Below are positions 57,101 through 59,314 of a stretch of DNA of 59,314 bases, one piece after another. Source of the stretch: a virus (taxonomy: Duplodnaviria > Caudoviricetes); IMG/VR virus record IMGVR_UViG_3300008267_000206, positions 1 through 59,314 of that record. One strand, given 5' to 3'. Every line of letters begins with the position of its first letter. Within the stretch, counting starts at the first letter, position 1. A model generated the notes under the pieces. That model did not search any database and was not told where the DNA came from. It was given only the letters and a program-made list of their open reading frames with translations. The position numbers and the translations under genes are program-made.

Positions 57101-59104
57101 AATATTTTGATTATTGGTTCCTTGATTATATGTACTCTCGTTAAATGTTAATATTGTTATAGTTTGTTGATTAGTATTTAAGTCAACTCCACTAGGTAGA
57201 TAATCTGAAGGTGTACTTAATGTTGCCGGACCTTGTGATGGCGCGTCATCACAATCACAAAATTCGCATTGGTCATACAATAACAAAGGTAATTTGAAAC
57301 CTTTTAATTCAATATCCTGTAATTTCAAATAAAGAGCCACTAAACCAACCGAAACTCCTATCTTGAAAGCTCCTGAAGCTATCATCTTTAAACCTAATAA
57401 AAATATTTGGAGACTGAATGTGACTACAGGTCCCGCCGCACTAATTCCTGTAGACCAGGCACCGGCAATTGTGATTCCACCATCAATTATTGAATTAATT
57501 CCTAAATATAAAAAGAAAGCGGCAACAATTATTCCAAAATTTTTAATTATATCTATTAAGAAAAATAATACGTGAATTACGAAAACTAACGGTATTGCCA
57601 ATATTCTAGTTACAAGAGCAACAAGTTGAAATAATAAAAATAATATATCACTTCTATATACCGAATCGTTTGTTGGAAACTTATTGTGTTCACTTTCACA
57701 TCTGTCATCAAGAACATTTTTTATTGAGACGAATCTATTCGGTAAAGTTCCGTTTCTAAACCTATCAATCATTTGAGACGCGGTATAAACTTTATTATAC
57801 ACCATAGGATAGAACGTGTCTTCGCAATTAATCGCCGATTGTATATCGGCATAATCATCCCAATCTAAACTAAAAGAATACGACTTTAATTGTTGAGTTA
57901 AATCAACCGTATTACCACCTGAGTCCCAACCATACTCCCTTATATTTGGAACCAAAAAATAACCTCTTTTAATATTCTCAGATAAAGAAGGTGATTGATT
58001 CCATTTTATTTTGAATCGATATTTTGCGGTTGTTGGAACGCCTACTTTAGGGTCATTTGAAATAATCCTTTCTCCGAATTCGTTAGTCGTAACGTAATCC
58101 ATATTCATAGGTACGTCTAACAACCAAGTTCCGTCCTCATCAATCACTTGACCTCCATTATCTAAATCAAATGTTTCAAGTATAGGTCTTCCGTTTGAGT
58201 CGTCAAATATTGTTTGCCTAATTGCTTGTATTTGTCCAGGCCCTGTTACTAAATTACATAATTCACCCTGTTTGAACTTTGGTTTACAATTTTTTCTTAG
58301 AGATAATGTTTCTAAATCAGAAATTAAAGACCCCATAAAAATAGCGGTAGGCTGTATCGTAATATTTAACTCCTCCGATAAATCAAAATCAACTCTACTT
58401 ATACCTAAATTACATATTTCGGGTTGTCCCCACAAAGGCTCTACATTTATCTCTTTATCTATCGTAACAATTTGAGGTAACCTTGATAAATTTGACGTGG
58501 TTTTAAATTTTGTTCCCGCAACCTGTTCTTCATTCGCCAAACCAATTCTAATAAGATCTTGTGGTGATTGTGAAAACTCTCCAATGTCGGATAAATCAAC
58601 ATCCATATGGATTTTTTGTAACCCCACGGGTACACCAAAAATCATAAAATCACCACTCTCATTAGTTACTGAAGTGTATTTATAATATTTGTCAAAAACC
58701 TCAATTATTGAGGGGTTTGTTAATACTTCCTCTTTAGTAAAGAAGCTTCCTGTTGGTGAATGTTCACTATATGATTTAACTTTTGGTAATAGATTATATC
58801 TATATCCGTCTTCATTGGTGTCTTTTAGAGATTTATAAGGGTATAGTTCGGTTATTGCCGGATTATTCTCATCTTCTCTAGATAAAGGTATAAATATCGA
58901 TATCTTAGCATTAGGTATCCCAAATCCTCCATTGGTTATTACTCTACCAATAACAACTCCATAATCTGAACATTGTCTTGTATAAACATCTGTTTGACCT
59001 ATTTTTAAAGATAAAATCTCTAAAAACTCAAAATCTTGGTCTAATAATATTTTGATTGATTTGTCTTTACCGACCTCAGTCCTGATTCTATATGAGTTTG
59101 ACAT
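54113..59104 (-). CDS. 1663-aa structural protein with CarboxypepD_reg-like N-domain and central hydrophobic region
   Basis: GVVIGRV..GIPNAKISI..TNESGDFMI.GVP.G; about 105-aa hydrophobic stretch. Confidence 0.6.
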   Translation of the reverse strand: MSNSYRIRTEVGKDKSIKILLDQDFEFLEILSLKIGQTDVYTRQCSDYGVVIGRVITNGGFGIPNAKISIFIPLSREDENNPAITELYPYKSLKDTNEDGYRYNLLPKVKSYSEHSPTGSFFTKEEVLTNPSIIEVFDKYYKYTSVTNESGDFMIFGVPVGLQKIHMDVDLSDIGEFSQSPQDLIRIGLANEEQVAGTKFKTTSNLSRLPQIVTIDKEINVEPLWGQPEICNLGISRVDFDLSEELNITIQPTAIFMGSLISDLETLSLRKNCKPKFKQGELCNLVTGPGQIQAIRQTIFDDSNGRPILETFDLDNGGQVIDEDGTWLLDVPMNMDYVTTNEFGERIISNDPKVGVPTTAKYRFKIKWNQSPSLSENIKRGYFLVPNIREYGWDSGGNTVDLTQQLKSYSFSLDWDDYADIQSAINCEDTFYPMVYNKVYTASQMIDRFRNGTLPNRFVSIKNVLDDRCESEHNKFPTNDSVYRSDILFLLFQLVALVTRILAIPLVFVIHVLFFLIDIIKNFGIIVAAFFLYLGINSIIDGGITIAGAWSTGISAAGPVVTFSLQIFLLGLKMIASGAFKIGVSVGLVALYLKLQDIELKGFKLPLLLYDQCEFCDCDDAPSQGPATLSTPSDYLPSGVDLNTNQQTITILTFNESTYNQGTNNQNIVNTNKLIGGYNLTSPPSCLTKIPYLYQGDISFDQYNYFSSSLTLPERVNLFNTKAKYFDNLPTNPGGGVNQIKVRIEPNLNPDPNDYHTDNIVVVLLNKYSIDYIDAGMIMTFQNPDLSIDKNLTGSTTNSFNNNAVVGTCLNNTNITLNYVKPNGISGSVTYQIPQPNPSDMNYNKYPSDIEYFQVITAMTYANFSSQCGISLDNSLNERYFNNNMRINRISLDSNPPDNNCVTDVSDNPMTSYLDYQQQIVLFLVRGVDPYSSRVDIEYDLSKIFGYSNFGVKKFRGNFKLNIPINGGFKNVSHDVVINSDVDTYSNMNLYYDSFNYQPSTFLPFDSVLPKYYSNLDNNSSLYTPSCSCFVSVSTGAETSINGLRVNINNHFTREWNVIQQLSASSSCNYYEFEFNDIVFTPAQNRGYYINEIVEGGSLMMMDATIPYPPSPLNPVVYAGYISPIYDITTPMSFDGGVSGRQIVMRSDRLPASTTIVDNCDSTFLLQQNGDFTFYPISDSGYIRDSSTSSNPSTSPGPYDGDPTTAINSQVVNSLNSCSDSANLKCYTYSNGEFSIQYGDCQRIAGKQIFDNGCYVLVTRPFLSLRDDIKLFTEWLSRTNITFAACRNVFSHVFTNNWINGVLYAPSFKNERLFDSNNQPYSDFCEKIIYYNQIDKNFYYRSSPYYSGITQQYFIGISSGQDGNNYNLKTPTTIMDLGPRSSYIQEIVFSDKYDGYIVNKLNTTTFGDVSDILNIFILSRLANTSIGSQMIGGANILSFLNKRDNKFVDADYTQMISINSELGVNEFDSANYPTNPTGQDPIYFSNGGSGDGIFGIFYSSDTQIRDYISPRREIIDVTAGVTQQCAFNNIPTFSQIVPLYQWEIKQNPSGDSIFGSQDNEWYADRLGNEFLSYRYQTLDRLNASSRYFRGQGSTSDYFKGYIFSRNPATGQLDPNPNSQSGNYPNSRVITVGAPYYFYFGLKKGRSSFDKFYRKWINSDNVID

Positions 59105-59125
59105 TTAAATTAAAAACCTTTTTTG

Positions 59126-59132
59126 ATAAATA
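59126..59132 (-). promoter_or_regulatory. TATTTAT putative late promoter
   Basis: 21 nt upstream of ATG 59104. Confidence 0.5.
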
Positions 59133-59185
59133 GTTTATGGTCTATTTTTCAAAAAATATAGTTTACAATTTTATAAAATAAATTA

Positions 59186-59314
59186 TCAGGAAAAATTAAC
59201 CGTTTTAAGATTTTTAACTCTAACGGTAATGTCTTTATTAGGAAATCTAATTTGGTAGATTTGTGTTGGTTCGGCGAAAATTGTGTCGTCAATTAGTTCT
59301 ATCTGTCTTGTTGA
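59186..59314 (-). CDS. 3' end of upstream gene, probably a baseplate wedge subunit (partial)
   Basis: Hand-translated ..STRQIELIDDTIFAEPTQIYQIRFPNKDITVRVKNLKTVNFS*. Confidence 0.6.
   Translation of the reverse strand, partial: STRQIELIDDTIFAEPTQIYQIRFPNKDITVRVKNLKTVNFS

Noticed and set aside
2465-58685. Short antisense or out-of-frame ORFs in the track (e.g. 2465, 4183, 7030, 13189, 19124, 28578, 33868, 39631, 49654, 57363)
   Set aside because: They overlap stronger genes, often start with TTG/GTG and have shadow-frame composition
1-59314. Stop-codon recoding
   Set aside because: Code 11 gives near-complete coding density; TAA, TGA and TAG (e.g. 17473) all end plausible genes
1-59314. tRNAs, CRISPR array, introns, inteins, transposases
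   Set aside because: None recognised by eye; intergenic gaps are short and explained by promoters and terminators (tRNAscan not run)

Overview
This is a gene-dense, very AT-rich (roughly 70% AT by eye), mostly minus-strand segment of a large tailed dsDNA phage, read in standard code 11. The host is most likely a Bacteroidota bacterium: there are four TTTG-N19/20-TAnnTTTG promoters, a Bacteroidota-type RpoD, an Hc1-like protein, SprB repeats and no Shine-Dalgarno sequences. From 0-24 kb are accessory and probable head-cargo genes: DHH phosphoesterase, three orphan DNA MTases, Trx/Grx, PcfJ-like, DUF932, LRR, DnaJ and acidic mosaic proteins. A probable lysis block lies at 22-26 kb. The 26-37 kb region holds sigma, SbcC, SbcD, a PD-(D/E)XK nuclease, primase and RuvC. 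From 33-59 kb are Cys/Thr-rich appendage and baseplate-like structural genes. Best leads: (1) an HPAT/SRGT-like glycosyltransferase embedded among virion genes with poly-Thr/PT linkers, suggesting virion O-glycosylation; (2) unrelated proteins sharing a TATTTAT upstream motif and an MK..(I/L)xE leader, suggesting protease-matured head cargo or polyproteins; (3) a beta-propeller cassette flanked by an 85%-identical direct repeat that preserves an alternative C-terminus; (4) a MetK-like protein without catalytic motifs; (5) a rearranged SbcCD pair with an apparent in-frame deletion. Three small genes and one partial gene missing from the ORF track were added. All family calls come from motifs recognised by eye; no searches were run.
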